From assembly GCA_035937095.1 (NCBI GenBank), contig DASYVN010000003.1, positions 1 through 59,836 on the forward strand: a DNA stretch of 59,836 nucleotides, given 5' to 3'. Below are positions 7,693 through 20,214 of the stretch, piece by piece (within the stretch, counting starts at the first letter, position 1; every line of letters begins with the position of its first letter). The notes below the pieces were generated by a model. The model was not told the DNA's origin and made no database searches. It was given only the letters and a program-made list of their open reading frames with translations. The stretch is from Candidatus Limnocylindria bacterium (GTDB lineage Bacteria; Chloroflexota; Limnocylindria; P2-11E). Made by a program: the position numbers and the translations under genes.

Positions 7693-8060
7693 GTTCGTTC
7701 GCCGAAGCGGCGCACGGTCGACCGCAGCGCGGAAGGGGCGATCGGCTTGGTGAGGTAATCATCGAAGCCGGCCTCGGTGCCCGCGCGGATGTGCTCGGGC
7801 ATCGCGGCGGAGCTCAAAGCCAGGATCGGCCGCTTGATGCCGGATGCGCGTAGCGAGCGGCACATCGCATTGCCATCCATGCCGGGCATCTGGATGTCGA
7901 GGAGCAGGAGATCGAACGGCTCCGCGAGGGCGCGGGCGTGGGCCGAAAGGCCGTCGCGCTCCACCGTGACGGTGTGACCGTCCGCCTCGAGCACGTCGCG
8001 GAAGAGCTCGACGTTCATCTCGTTGTCGTCGACCAGCAGGATGCGGAAGGTCGCGCTCAC
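7689..8060 (-). CDS. Stand-alone response regulator receiver
   Basis: The REC motifs ILLVDDNEMNVELF, LLDIQMPGMDG and TKPI are present. A GTGA overlap links it to the kinase gene. Confidence 0.85.
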   Translation of the reverse strand: MSATFRILLVDDNEMNVELFRDVLEADGHTVTVERDGLSAHARALAEPFDLLLLDIQMPGMDGNAMCRSLRASGIKRPILALSSAAMPEHIRAGTEAGFDDYLTKPIAPSALRSTVRRFGERT

Positions 8061-10186
8061 GCCGTGCGCCCCGCAGGCACCCGGCGCGCCGCGACGCCCG
8101 ACATCCAGCCGGACAGCCGGCTGTGGTCAATGGGCTTGGTGAGGTGGTCGTCCGCGCCGAGCGCGCGGGCGCGACCATCGTCGTCATCGATGGAGACGAC
8201 GACCACCGGGATCGGTGGCGTCGCCTGTCGGGCGACGTTGAGGACCGCCTCGCCGCGGCCATCGGGCAGGTGGAGATCCAGGACCATCGCGATCGGCGGC
8301 TCCGCGCGGATCGATGCGATCGCCGCGGCGACGGTCCGGACGACCTCGCTTCGGAGGCCATGACCGCCGGCGAGGGCGATGATGAGATCGGCATCACGGC
8401 GCTCGTCCTCGACGATGAGCACGCGATCGCCTGCGACCACCGCTCCAGATACATCGGGCAGCCGGACCGCGAACGTGGTGCCCTCGTCGATGACGCTGGT
8501 AAAGGAGATGGTCCCGCCGTGCAGCTCGACCAGCCGCCTCGTGAGCGCGAGGCCGAGGCCGGTGCCGGCAGCGTCGGACCGCTCCTCGTTCGGACGCTCG
8601 AAAATGCCGAACACCCGGTCGTGCCGGTCGGCCGGGATACCGATCCCGGTGTCCGAGACCACGAGCAGGAGATCCCGGCCATCGAGGCGGGCGTCCAGAC
8701 GGATCGTGCCCCCCGCAGGCGTGAACTTCGTCGCGTTCGACAGCAGGTTGAGGAGGATCTGCCGCACTCGGCCGGGATCGACCCAGAGCAGCGTCGGATC
8801 CGACGCGTCGACCTCGAAGACCACCGCGCGCGCGGCGGCGGCCGGCTGGATGGCCGCGACGACCGGCTCGAGCAGCGCCCCGAGCGAACTGAGCTCCGGC
8901 CGCAGATCGACGCGCCCGGCCTCGACCTTGGACAGGTCGAGGATGTCGTTCACCAGCGCGAGAAGATGGTCGCCGGCGTCGTGAACGTTGCCGAGGTAGC
9001 GCCGCTGACGATCCGTGATCTGCGGGCCGATCTGCTCGCTCAGCAGGTCCGAGAAGCCGAGGATCGCGTTGAGTGGCGTCCTGAGCTCGTGGCTCATGTT
9101 CGCGAGGAACTCCGATTTTGCCTGGCTCGCAGCGGTGAGCTCGGTGTTCGCCAGGGCCAGGGCGGCCCGATGCCGCGCAAGCCGGCGGAATCCGCGCGCG
9201 AGGAACAACGCGGCCCCGAGGGTCAACGCGAGGAACGCGAGTGACACCGAGCCCAGGCCGGTGACCAGGGGCAGCACGGCAGCGTCGAGTGCCGCCGGAT
9301 CGTCGGTGACGATCAGGTGCCACACGACGCCGGTCACGGTAGCGGAGGCGACCAGACGCCGGGCGCCAACGAAGTCGGTTTCGCGCGCGACGCTCTCACC
9401 GCGGAGCGCGGCTGCGACCGTTGGGTCGGATGAGAGATCCGCCAGTGCGTCATCGCCGATGCCGGTCGCTCGGGTGATCAGCCGGCCGCGGCCGTCCACG
9501 AGGTAGACGTCGGCGAAGACGGCGCGCAGTCGGGCGAACCACTCGCTCGCAGCCCCGAGGTCGAGGGCTGCGCCGAGGACGCCCACCGGCACACCCATTG
9601 GATCCCGGACCGGCACAACGATCGCCACGGACGGCGGTGCACCCTGCAGGACGGTGACGAACGCTTCGGAAACATACGGCTGCCAGTCGCCGCGACTGAC
9701 GCCCTTGAAGTAGTCCCGCCCTGAGAAGTCCTTGCCCAGCGTGTCGGGCGCCGGCGGCTCGATCGCGAGGTTCGTGCCCGACCGGTCGAGCACGAAGACC
9801 CGCATGACTTGCTTGGGCATGAGTGCCTTGAATGGAATGAGGTATCGCTCCAGGACCGGACCGTTGCCGCTCGCGACGGTCGCGGCCAACCCCGGGTCCG
9901 CCGCAGCGGCGATCAGGCCGTTGCGGAGCTGATCGAGCTCCGAGGCGACGAACACCGCCGCCTGATCGGCCGCCTTGTGCTCGTCGAACAGCGTCTGGGC
10001 CCGCAAACCGTCCCGCGCGGCAGCGGTCGAAGCGAGGTCGAACACGAGGAGCGGCACGGCAACGAGGAGGGTGACGAGCACGGCAGTCCGCCACGGGCTG
10101 GCGGTCAGGCCGCCTGATACGCCCATCAGCCGGAGACGCTCGCGCACGCGGGCGCTGATGCGCCCACTATTCATCGACACGGTCAA
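8057..10186 (-). CDS. Hybrid sensor histidine kinase (TM, Cache-like extracytoplasmic domain, TM, HisKA, HATPase_c, REC)
   Basis: It has the H-box FLANMSHELRTPLNAILGF and N/G boxes (LLSNATKFT, DTGIGI, GTGLGLAL), followed by a C-terminal receiver-like domain. The N-terminal periplasmic region between the two TM segments is Cache-like. Confidence 0.9.
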   Translation of the reverse strand: MTVSMNSGRISARVRERLRLMGVSGGLTASPWRTAVLVTLLVAVPLLVFDLASTAAARDGLRAQTLFDEHKAADQAAVFVASELDQLRNGLIAAAADPGLAATVASGNGPVLERYLIPFKALMPKQVMRVFVLDRSGTNLAIEPPAPDTLGKDFSGRDYFKGVSRGDWQPYVSEAFVTVLQGAPPSVAIVVPVRDPMGVPVGVLGAALDLGAASEWFARLRAVFADVYLVDGRGRLITRATGIGDDALADLSSDPTVAAALRGESVARETDFVGARRLVASATVTGVVWHLIVTDDPAALDAAVLPLVTGLGSVSLAFLALTLGAALFLARGFRRLARHRAALALANTELTAASQAKSEFLANMSHELRTPLNAILGFSDLLSEQIGPQITDRQRRYLGNVHDAGDHLLALVNDILDLSKVEAGRVDLRPELSSLGALLEPVVAAIQPAAAARAVVFEVDASDPTLLWVDPGRVRQILLNLLSNATKFTPAGGTIRLDARLDGRDLLLVVSDTGIGIPADRHDRVFGIFERPNEERSDAAGTGLGLALTRRLVELHGGTISFTSVIDEGTTFAVRLPDVSGAVVAGDRVLIVEDERRDADLIIALAGGHGLRSEVVRTVAAAIASIRAEPPIAMVLDLHLPDGRGEAVLNVARQATPPIPVVVVSIDDDDGRARALGADDHLTKPIDHSRLSGWMSGVAARRVPAGRTA

Positions 10187-10311
10187 ACGGTACTGTTCGT
10201 TTCGGCAGATGGAAGGTCTACGTAGGTATACCGAACGGCTTCAGCTCCCGCCGACTGGGGTCGGGAGGCCGCATCTGGGCCCGGCGGGTCGTCGTACCGC
10301 GCAATGACCGC

Positions 10312-11385
10312 GTGGCCGCGGCGCTCTCCGGCACGGCACGGCGGCCGCTGATCCCCGTGGGGTCCGCGCCCGAGCGACGCCGTGAGCAGCCCGGGCGCCG
10401 GCATGCCGACCTCTGGCTCCAGCTCACGCCGCGGCAGCGTCTCGTGCTCGACCGCGTGACCGCCGGTTCGTCGAACAAGGAGATCGCCACGCAGCTCGGC
10501 GTGAGCGAGCAGGCGGCCAAGCAGCAGGTTTCCAAACTGCTAACGCGATTCGGCGTCGAGAGCCGCACGGCGCTCGCGCAATCGGCGCTCGCGATCCGCA
10601 TCACGGGCCAGCGCGAAAGCGATCTGCCGTTGGAGTACCTCTTCGACCTCGCGCCGGTGGCGATGGCCATGACGAGTGGGCCGGAGCACGTGTTCCGGGC
10701 AGTCAACCGCACGTTCACCCAGCTGTTCGGGGATCGGGATGGCTGGATCGGCTACCGCCTCCGCGACCTCCTCATGGAGGCAGAGCCGGCCTTGCTGCCG
10801 CTGGTCGACGCCGCCTACCAGGCCGGCACGGGCACCCAGCAGGGCGGCGTTCCAGTGAAATGGACCGGTCGGGATGGCGCGACCGAGCGCTCGCTGATGA
10901 TCACGGTCGAACCGACCCGCAGGGCGGCGGGTGCGGTCAGCGGGCTGGTGTTCTTCGGCGTCGATGTGACCGAGGAGATCGACCTCCGGGTGCGGCTCCA
11001 GACCGCGCAGGCCCAGGAGCAGGCGATCGTCCAGCGGCTCCCGGGCCGTATCGCGGTCATCGTCGTCGACCGGGCCGGCCTGCCGGTCACGACGACCGGC
11101 CCACTAACAGAGATCCTGGGCGAGCCGCTGCAGCCCGACGTGGTGCTCGCTGCACAGGCGCCGCGGTACGCCCTCCGGTGGGCGGACACGGGTCTGCCCC
11201 TGAGCGCGGCGAACAGCCCCTCGGTGCGGGCACTCGCCGGTGAGGACGTCACGGCCGAGCTCGTCGGCCGGGTCCACCGCGATGGCCCAGCGATAAAGCT
11301 CCGGGTCTCAGCTCGGCCGATGCGAGGCGCGAACGACGAGATCGTCAGCGCGGTCCTCGTCCTCGAGGAGCTTCCGGCCGATTAG
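10312..11385 (+). CDS. LuxR-type HTH (N-terminal) + PAS-like domains regulator
   Basis: LTPRQRLVLDRVTAGSSNKEIATQLGVSEQAAKQQVSKLLTRFGV is a LuxR/GerE HTH. It is followed by two PAS-like segments (FDLAPVAMAMTSGPEHVFRAVNRTFTQLFG...). The start is uncertain. Confidence 0.75.
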   Translation: MAAALSGTARRPLIPVGSAPERRREQPGRRHADLWLQLTPRQRLVLDRVTAGSSNKEIATQLGVSEQAAKQQVSKLLTRFGVESRTALAQSALAIRITGQRESDLPLEYLFDLAPVAMAMTSGPEHVFRAVNRTFTQLFGDRDGWIGYRLRDLLMEAEPALLPLVDAAYQAGTGTQQGGVPVKWTGRDGATERSLMITVEPTRRAAGAVSGLVFFGVDVTEEIDLRVRLQTAQAQEQAIVQRLPGRIAVIVVDRAGLPVTTTGPLTEILGEPLQPDVVLAAQAPRYALRWADTGLPLSAANSPSVRALAGEDVTAELVGRVHRDGPAIKLRVSARPMRGANDEIVSAVLVLEELPAD

Positions 11386-12539
11386 TCCGGCAACAAGCGG
11401 ACGAAGACGTCATTCGCCACGAATCGACCGCGATCGGTGAGCGCAATGACCTCACCGTCGCGGCGTTCGATCACGCCGGTGCCGTCGAGCCCGCGGAGCG
11501 CGGCATCGACGCGCGCGCGGGCCGGCGCGCCGAACCGCGCGCCGTACGCCGCGAGATCGAGGCCCTCGTCGAGCCGCAATGCGAGGATCGCCGTGTCGAC
11601 AGCCGGATCCGCGGCGTCATCGTCGATGCGGCCCAGGCCGCGCTCGACGCGCGCCAGATAGTCGAGCAGGGCACCGGGCTGGCGCGTGCGCCGGCCACCC
11701 AGATGCGTATGCGCGCCCGCGCCGACGCCGAGCCAGTCGCCATTCCGCCAGTAGACGAGGTTGTGGCGGCACTCCTTGCCGGGCTTCGCCCAGTTCGCGA
11801 TCTCGTAGTGGCGATAGCCCGCGGCGCGCAGCATCTCCGCGGTCACCTCGTACCGATCGGCGAGGCCGTCGTCGTCCGGCTGCGCCGCGGCCGCGTTGCT
11901 CCGCCACCGCTCCACGGTCGGCCACCCGCCGCCGCCCCAGTTCGCGCCGCCCTCCTCGCGCTCGAGCGCGAGCTCGAGCGGGTACGCCGAGAGATGTTCC
12001 GGCGCGAGCGCGAGCGCCGCGTCGAGGTCGGCGCGCCATTCCCCATCCGGCTCGCCGGGACGGCCGAAGATGAGGTCGAGGTTCACGTCCAGTCCGAGCG
12101 ACCGTGCGGCGGCGACCGCCGGCGCGATGTCCTCCGGCGCGTGCGTGCGGCCGAGGGACGCGAGAGCGCGTTGCGAGAACGACTGCGCGCCGAGTGACAC
12201 GCGGGTCGCTCCGAGGGCGTGCCACGCCTCGAGCCGGGCGCGGTCGAGCGTCGCGGGGTTCGCCTCGAAGGTGACCTCCTCGGGCGCGAAGTCGAACCCG
12301 TCCCGGATCGAACGGGACAGCGAGGCGATCTCGTCCGGCTCGAGCAGGCTCGGCGTTCCGCCGCCGAAGAACGCCGTCGTGATGCGCGGACGGCCGAGGG
12401 CCGCGCCCTCGCGCGCGATCTCCGCGCCCAACGCCGCGAGGTAGCGCGCCCGAAGGGCGCTCGTCGCCGGTGCCGTCGCGAAGTCGCAGTACGGGCACCG
12501 CGACGCGCAGAACGGGATGTGGACGTAGAGCGACGTCAC
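11382..12539 (-). CDS. hemW: Radical SAM heme chaperone HemW (HemN-like, oxygen-independent coproporphyrinogen oxidase family)
   Basis: It begins MTSLYVHIPFCASRCPYCDFAT (CxxxCxxC radical SAM motif). The GTG start overlaps the upstream stop (GTGA). Confidence 0.9.
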   Translation of the reverse strand: MTSLYVHIPFCASRCPYCDFATAPATSALRARYLAALGAEIAREGAALGRPRITTAFFGGGTPSLLEPDEIASLSRSIRDGFDFAPEEVTFEANPATLDRARLEAWHALGATRVSLGAQSFSQRALASLGRTHAPEDIAPAVAAARSLGLDVNLDLIFGRPGEPDGEWRADLDAALALAPEHLSAYPLELALEREEGGANWGGGGWPTVERWRSNAAAAQPDDDGLADRYEVTAEMLRAAGYRHYEIANWAKPGKECRHNLVYWRNGDWLGVGAGAHTHLGGRRTRQPGALLDYLARVERGLGRIDDDAADPAVDTAILALRLDEGLDLAAYGARFGAPARARVDAALRGLDGTGVIERRDGEVIALTDRGRFVANDVFVRLLPD

Positions 12540-13042
12540 CTGATCAGACCCAGCGGATCGGGCAGCTCGGCGTCGGCGGAGAGCTCAGCGGTACGACCGA
12601 GGTCGACAAGCCATTCGCGTGACTCGTGGACGAACGCAAGGAGGTACGCCGGCCGCCACTCGGGCTCGGCGACGATCCGTTCCTCGCCGAAATCGGGCAG
12701 CAGCAGGACGTACGCGAGACCACGGTCGACGAGGCGCGCGGCGGACACGCCGAGCGAGAGCAGCTGCTCCGGCCCGCCGAGCACGCCGAGCGCGGAGGCG
12801 CGCACCGGCGCCACGACCTCGGCGAGCCGCGCGTCGCCGTCACCGGCCTCGATGGAGGCCGCGCGATGCAGCGCGATGCGGGCGGCGGCGGCATAGCGCC
12901 CCTCGAGCAGCCCGCGCGATTCACGCGACAGCCGCTCCCACACGAGCCCGCCATCGTTCTCCGCGAGCGCGCGGAGGAACGTCGACGCGAGGAGCTGCGT
13001 CGGATGCTCATACGCGACCCGATACGGACGGCGCTGGCGCAT
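12536..13042 (-). CDS. Hypothetical protein (168 aa) translationally coupled between lepA and hemW
   Basis: An internal ATG of ORF 12536..13633 at 13042 forms an ATGA overlap with the lepA stop, and its own stop overlaps the hemW GTG. The product [38 protein letters not shown]... has no family I recognise. Confidence 0.6.
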   Translation of the reverse strand: MRQRRPYRVAYEHPTQLLASTFLRALAENDGGLVWERLSRESRGLLEGRYAAAARIALHRAASIEAGDGDARLAEVVAPVRASALGVLGGPEQLLSLGVSAARLVDRGLAYVLLLPDFGEERIVAEPEWRPAYLLAFVHESREWLVDLGRTAELSADAELPDPLGLIR

Positions 13043-14844
13043 CACTCCTGCGTGATCCTGAGCACCGCGAGGAAGGCCTCCTGCGGGATCTCGACCGCTC
13101 CGACCATCTTCATCCGCTTCTTGCCCTTCTTCTGCTTCTCCAGGAGCTTCTTCTTCCGGGTGATGTCGCCGCCGTAGCACTTCGCGAGCACGTCCTTGCG
13201 CTTGGCCTTCACCGTCTCGCGCGCGATTACCTTCCCGCCGATGGCCGCTTGGATCGGCACGTCGAACATCTGCTTCGGGATGAGCTCGCGGAGCTTCGCC
13301 GTGAGCGCACGGCCGATGGCCATCGAGCGCTCGCGATGGACGATCATCGAGAGCGCGTCGACGACGGTACCGGCGACGAGGATGTCGAGCCGCACGAGAT
13401 CCGCGGCGCGGTACTCGCGCAGCTCGTAATCGAGCGAGGCGTAGCCCTGCGAACGGCTCTTCAGCTGGTCGTAGAAGTCGACGATGACTTCGGCCAGCGG
13501 CATGTCGTACGTGAGCATCGCCCGGGTCGGGTCGACGTAGCTCATGTCCGTGAGCACGCCACGCTTGCCCTGGCTGAGGTCCATGATCGGGCCGACATAG
13601 CCCTGCGGCACGATGATCGTCACCTTCATCCACGGCTCACGCACCTCGACGATCGTGGCCGGGTCGGGCAGCTTGGCCGGGTTATCGATCGCGACCTCAC
13701 CGGTGTGGGTGATGACCCGGTATTCGACCGAGGGTGACGTCGCGATGAGGTCGACGTCGTATTCGCGCTCGAGCCGCTCCTGGACGATGTCCAGGTGCAG
13801 GAGGCCGAGGAACCCGGCGCGGAAGCCGAAGCCGAGGGCCTGCGAGTTCTCCGGCTCGTACACGAGGGACGCGTCGTTCAACCGCAGCTTCTCGAGAGCG
13901 TCACGGAGCGCCGGATACTCCTCTCCAAGGATCGGATAGAAACCAGCGAAGACCATCGGCTTCGCCGGCCGGTACCCGGGGAGCGGCTCTCGGGCCGGGT
14001 TCGCAGCGAGCGTCAGGGTGTCTCCCACCCGGCAATCGGCCACCGCCTTGAGGCCGGTCGCGACGTAGCCGACCTCGCCGGTGGCAAGACGCTGGATCGG
14101 TACGGCGTTCGGCGCGAAGACGCCGAGCTCCAGGAGGTCGCTCTGCTTCTGGGTGGCCATCAGGAGGATGCGGTCGCCCTGCCGCACGGCGCCGTCGACG
14201 ATCCGCACGTGCGCGACGACACCCTTGTACGCGTCGTAGTGCGAATCGAAGATCAGGGCTCGGAGGGGCGCGTCCTGGTCGCCGCTCGGGGGCGGGACGC
14301 GGTCGACGACCGTGTTCAAGATCTCCGCGACCCCGAACCCGGTCTTGCCGGATGCGAGGAGGACCTCCTCGTCCTTGAACCCGAGCGTCGTCCGGAGGTC
14401 CTCCTTCACGAGCTCGATGTCGATGTTCGGCAGGTCGATCTTGTTGATCACGGGGACGACCTCGAGGCCCTGCTCCACGGCGAGGTACGCGTTCGCGAGG
14501 GTCTGCGCCTCGATGCCCTGCGAGGCGTCGACGAGCAGGACCGCGCCTTCGCACGCCGCGAGCGACCGGCTCACCTCGTAGTTGAAGTCGACGTGACCGG
14601 GCGTGTCGATGAGATTCAGCTCGTATGACTCGCCATCCTTCGTCCAGGCCATCCGGACCGCGCGGGCCTTGATCGTGATGCCCTTCTCGCGCTCGAGGTC
14701 CATCGAGTCCAGGAGCTGATCGCGCATCTCCCGCATCGCGACCGTGCCGGTCAGCTCGAGGATGCGGTCGGACAGCGTCGTCTTCCCGTGGTCAACATGG
14801 GCGATGACGCTGAAGTTGCGGATGCGCTGCCGCGCGTCGGACAT
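13042..14844 (-). CDS. lepA: Translation elongation factor 4 (LepA)
   Basis: It starts [23 protein letters not shown] and ends with the LepA C-terminal blocks ...[24 protein letters not shown]. Confidence 0.97.
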   Translation of the reverse strand: MSDARQRIRNFSVIAHVDHGKTTLSDRILELTGTVAMREMRDQLLDSMDLEREKGITIKARAVRMAWTKDGESYELNLIDTPGHVDFNYEVSRSLAACEGAVLLVDASQGIEAQTLANAYLAVEQGLEVVPVINKIDLPNIDIELVKEDLRTTLGFKDEEVLLASGKTGFGVAEILNTVVDRVPPPSGDQDAPLRALIFDSHYDAYKGVVAHVRIVDGAVRQGDRILLMATQKQSDLLELGVFAPNAVPIQRLATGEVGYVATGLKAVADCRVGDTLTLAANPAREPLPGYRPAKPMVFAGFYPILGEEYPALRDALEKLRLNDASLVYEPENSQALGFGFRAGFLGLLHLDIVQERLEREYDVDLIATSPSVEYRVITHTGEVAIDNPAKLPDPATIVEVREPWMKVTIIVPQGYVGPIMDLSQGKRGVLTDMSYVDPTRAMLTYDMPLAEVIVDFYDQLKSRSQGYASLDYELREYRAADLVRLDILVAGTVVDALSMIVHRERSMAIGRALTAKLRELIPKQMFDVPIQAAIGGKVIARETVKAKRKDVLAKCYGGDITRKKKLLEKQKKGKKRMKMVGAVEIPQEAFLAVLRITQE

Positions 14845-14867
14845 GCGAGGAGCCTAGGTGACTGCGC

Positions 14868-16421
14868 TCACCGGCGGCCGAGCCGCGCGCGCACCGCGGC
14901 GGTGATCTCGGCGAGCTCGCTCACGCGGAACACCATCGCCGCACCGACGTACGCGACGACGCCGACGGCCATGGCCACGGCGGTCTGGAGCAAGAGCCCG
15001 ACCTTCGTCTGCTGCAGGTCGACGGTGATGTTCGTGGCCCGGATGAACGCGAACATGGCGATGCCCATCAGCAGGCTCGCGGCGATGACCTTCAGCGACG
15101 AGGTGCCGAGGCCAACGACCTGGAGGCGCGCCCGCGGTGCGAGCAGCACGAGGAACAGCACGGCTTCGGCCAGGGTCGCGATCGAGTTCGCGAGTGCCAG
15201 GCCGTTGATCCCGTACGACGGCGCCAGCAGTACCGACAGGACGATGTTCGTGCCGATCGACACGAGCGTCAGCGCCAGCGGCGTACGAGTGTCCTTCGAC
15301 GCGTAGTACGCGCGGGCGAGGATCTGGATGAGCGCGTGGCCGACGAGGCCGAGCGAGTAGAACAGGAACGCTTCCTGCGTCGCCTCGCGGGCCTCGGGGC
15401 CGAACTGGCCGTACTGGAACAGGAGGTTCACGATCGGGCGGCGCAAGACGATCATCATCACGATCGTCGGCACCGTGAGGAACAGGATCCAGCGGATCGC
15501 CGTCTGGAGGATGTCGCGCATCCGGGCCTGCATCCCCTGCGCCGCGTAGTGGGCGAGGGTCGGGAACACGGCCGCGCTGATGGCGATCGAGAACACCCCG
15601 AGCGGCAGCTGCATGAGCTGGAACGCGTAGATGAGGGCGGTGAGCGAGCCCTCCGGCATCTTCGCCGCGAGGTACGTGTCGACGATGAAGATCAGCTGCA
15701 CCGCGCCCAGCGCCAGCGTGCGTGGGAGGGTGAGGCGCACGATCTCGCGGACGCCGGGATGGCCGAGATCGAGGGTGAGCTTGTAGCGCGTGCGCCGGAA
15801 CGTGAGCTCGGGGATCTGGACCAGCCACATCATGAGCGCGCCGGCGACGGTGCCCCACGCGAGGGCTTCGATACCGAGGAACGGCGACGCGAAGAGCGCG
15901 AACAGGATGATCACGAAGTTGTAGACGATCGGCGCTGTCGCGCCCGAGAGGAATTGCCGGTACGAGTTGAGGATCCCGGTGAAGAGCGCGGAGAGGCCCA
16001 TGAAGATCGGGCTGAGCAGCATGATCCGTGAGAGGTGGACCGCGGTCTCACGTTGCGCCGGGTCGGGGAACTGCGCGAGAACGGGCATGATCCATGGCGC
16101 GAGGACCCAGAGGATCGCCGAGAACGCGACCAGCGAGATGACGATCGCGTTCAGGACGCTCGATGCGACGCGCCAGGCCTCGTCCTCGCGCTCCTTGGCG
16201 AGATACCCGGTGAAGACCGGGATGAACGCGCTCGCGAGCGCACCGGCCACGAGCAGGTTGAACAGCGTGTCGGGGATCCGGAACGCGGCCCAGAACGCGT
16301 CGAGCTCCGGCGTCTGCCCGAACTTCGCGCCGATCACCGACAGGCGGAGCCACCCGAGAAGTCGGCTTGCGATGAGCGTCGCGATCATGAGCAGCGACGC
16401 CCGGCCGATGCTCATCTGCAT
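14868..16421 (-). CDS. murJ: Lipid II flippase MurJ/MviN
   Basis: The internal start gives MQMSIGRASLLMIATLIASRLLGWLRLSVIGAKFGQTPELDAFWAAFRIPDTLFNLL.... The track's N-extension would overlap rpsT and is Arg-rich junk. Confidence 0.9.
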   Translation of the reverse strand: MQMSIGRASLLMIATLIASRLLGWLRLSVIGAKFGQTPELDAFWAAFRIPDTLFNLLVAGALASAFIPVFTGYLAKEREDEAWRVASSVLNAIVISLVAFSAILWVLAPWIMPVLAQFPDPAQRETAVHLSRIMLLSPIFMGLSALFTGILNSYRQFLSGATAPIVYNFVIILFALFASPFLGIEALAWGTVAGALMMWLVQIPELTFRRTRYKLTLDLGHPGVREIVRLTLPRTLALGAVQLIFIVDTYLAAKMPEGSLTALIYAFQLMQLPLGVFSIAISAAVFPTLAHYAAQGMQARMRDILQTAIRWILFLTVPTIVMMIVLRRPIVNLLFQYGQFGPEAREATQEAFLFYSLGLVGHALIQILARAYYASKDTRTPLALTLVSIGTNIVLSVLLAPSYGINGLALANSIATLAEAVLFLVLLAPRARLQVVGLGTSSLKVIAASLLMGIAMFAFIRATNITVDLQQTKVGLLLQTAVAMAVGVVAYVGAAMVFRVSELAEITAAVRARLGRR

Positions 16422-16451
16422 GTGCGTCGAAGTATGAATAGACTCGCGCGC

Positions 16452-16718
16452 ATGGCAACGAAGAAACGCTCGGCGCTCAAGCGCATCCGCCAGGCGCCCC
16501 GCCGGGCCGAGGTCAAGGTCCTGACCCGCTCGGGCGCGCGTACGGCCGTGAAGAACGCCCGCGCCGCCATCGACTCCAAGGCCGAAGGCGCGGCCGATGC
16601 GGTCCGCGCCGCGTCGAGCGCGCTGGACAAGGCCGTGAAGCGCGGCGGCATCCACAAGAACGCCGCGGCCCGGAAGAAGAGCCGCCTCGCGAAACGCGCG
16701 GGTATGAAAAGCAGCTAG
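16452..16718 (+). CDS. rpsT: 30S ribosomal protein S20
   Basis: Internal ATG of ORF 16035..16718. The product is MATKKRSALKRIRQAPRRAEVKVLTRSGARTAVKNARAAI...GGIHKNAAARKKSRLAKR. Confidence 0.92.
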   Translation: MATKKRSALKRIRQAPRRAEVKVLTRSGARTAVKNARAAIDSKAEGAADAVRAASSALDKAVKRGGIHKNAAARKKSRLAKRAGMKSS

Positions 16719-16720
16719 GC

Positions 16721-19148
<2,428 letters not shown>

Positions 19149-19154
19149 CTCCCG

Positions 19155-20186
19155 TCAGGCGGTCGCGGCGGCGGCTTGTTTCGTCCGGAGCTTGGAGGCC
19201 ACGAACGACGTGATATCGGCGAGGCGGCAGGCATAGCCCCACTCGTTGTCGTACCAGGACACGATCTTCACCATGTTCCCGAGGACGATGGTGTCCATCG
19301 CGCTCACGATCGTCGAGTGCGGGTCGCCCTTGAAGTCCATCGAGACGAGGGGCTCCTCCGTGTAGGCCATGATGCCCTTGAGGCTGCCCTCGCTGGCGCG
19401 CTTGAACGCCGCATTCACCTCCTCCTTCGTCACCTCGCGCTTCAGCAGGGCCGTGAAGTCGACCACCGACACCGTCGGCGTCGGCACGCGGAACGCCATG
19501 CCGGTGAACTTGCCCTTGAGCTCGGGGATGACCAAGGCGACCGCGCGAGCCGCACCGGTCTCGGCTGGGACGATGTTCTCGGACGCGGCGCGTGCGTCGC
19601 GCGGGTCGTTGGCGACGGTGTCGAGGAGCTTTTGGGTCAGCGTCTTCGAGTGGATCGTGGTCAGGAAGCCCTTCTCGATGCCGAACTCGTCGTTCAGCAC
19701 CTTCGCGACCGGCGCGAGGCCGTTCGTGGTGCACGAGGCGTTCGAGATGATGTGGTGCTTCTCGGGCTCGTACGTCTCCTCGTTCACGCCGAGCACGATC
19801 GTCTTGTCCTCGTTCTTCGCGGGCGCCGAGATGATGACCTTGCGGGCGCCGGCATCGATGTGGGCCTTCGCCTTGGTCGCGTCCGTGAAGAACCCGGTCG
19901 ACTCGATGACGATGTCGATGTCGAGCCCCCTCCACGGGAGCTTCGCCGGATCGCGCTCGGCGAGCACCTTCAGCTTCCGGCCGTCGATGACGATCGAATC
20001 GGCCGACGCTGAGACCTCGCCCTTGTACGCGCCGTAGTTCGAGTCGTGCTTGAAAAGGAGCGCGTTCATCTTCGGATCGGCGAGGTCATTGATCGCGACG
20101 ATCTCGACCTCGGGATGGCGCTCGATGATCGCTTTCAGGAACTGGCGCCCGATCCGGCCGAAGCCGTTGATGGCTACACGTGTCAT
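19155..20186 (-). CDS. gap: Glyceraldehyde-3-phosphate dehydrogenase
   Basis: Internal ATG 20186 is preceded by GGGGAGAAG. The product has [28 protein letters not shown] and WYDNEWGY. Confidence 0.95.
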   Translation of the reverse strand: MTRVAINGFGRIGRQFLKAIIERHPEVEIVAINDLADPKMNALLFKHDSNYGAYKGEVSASADSIVIDGRKLKVLAERDPAKLPWRGLDIDIVIESTGFFTDATKAKAHIDAGARKVIISAPAKNEDKTIVLGVNEETYEPEKHHIISNASCTTNGLAPVAKVLNDEFGIEKGFLTTIHSKTLTQKLLDTVANDPRDARAASENIVPAETGAARAVALVIPELKGKFTGMAFRVPTPTVSVVDFTALLKREVTKEEVNAAFKRASEGSLKGIMAYTEEPLVSMDFKGDPHSTIVSAMDTIVLGNMVKIVSWYDNEWGYACRLADITSFVASKLRTKQAAAATA

Positions 20187-20214
20187 CTCGCTTCTCCCCC
20201 TGTTCAACGCGAGA

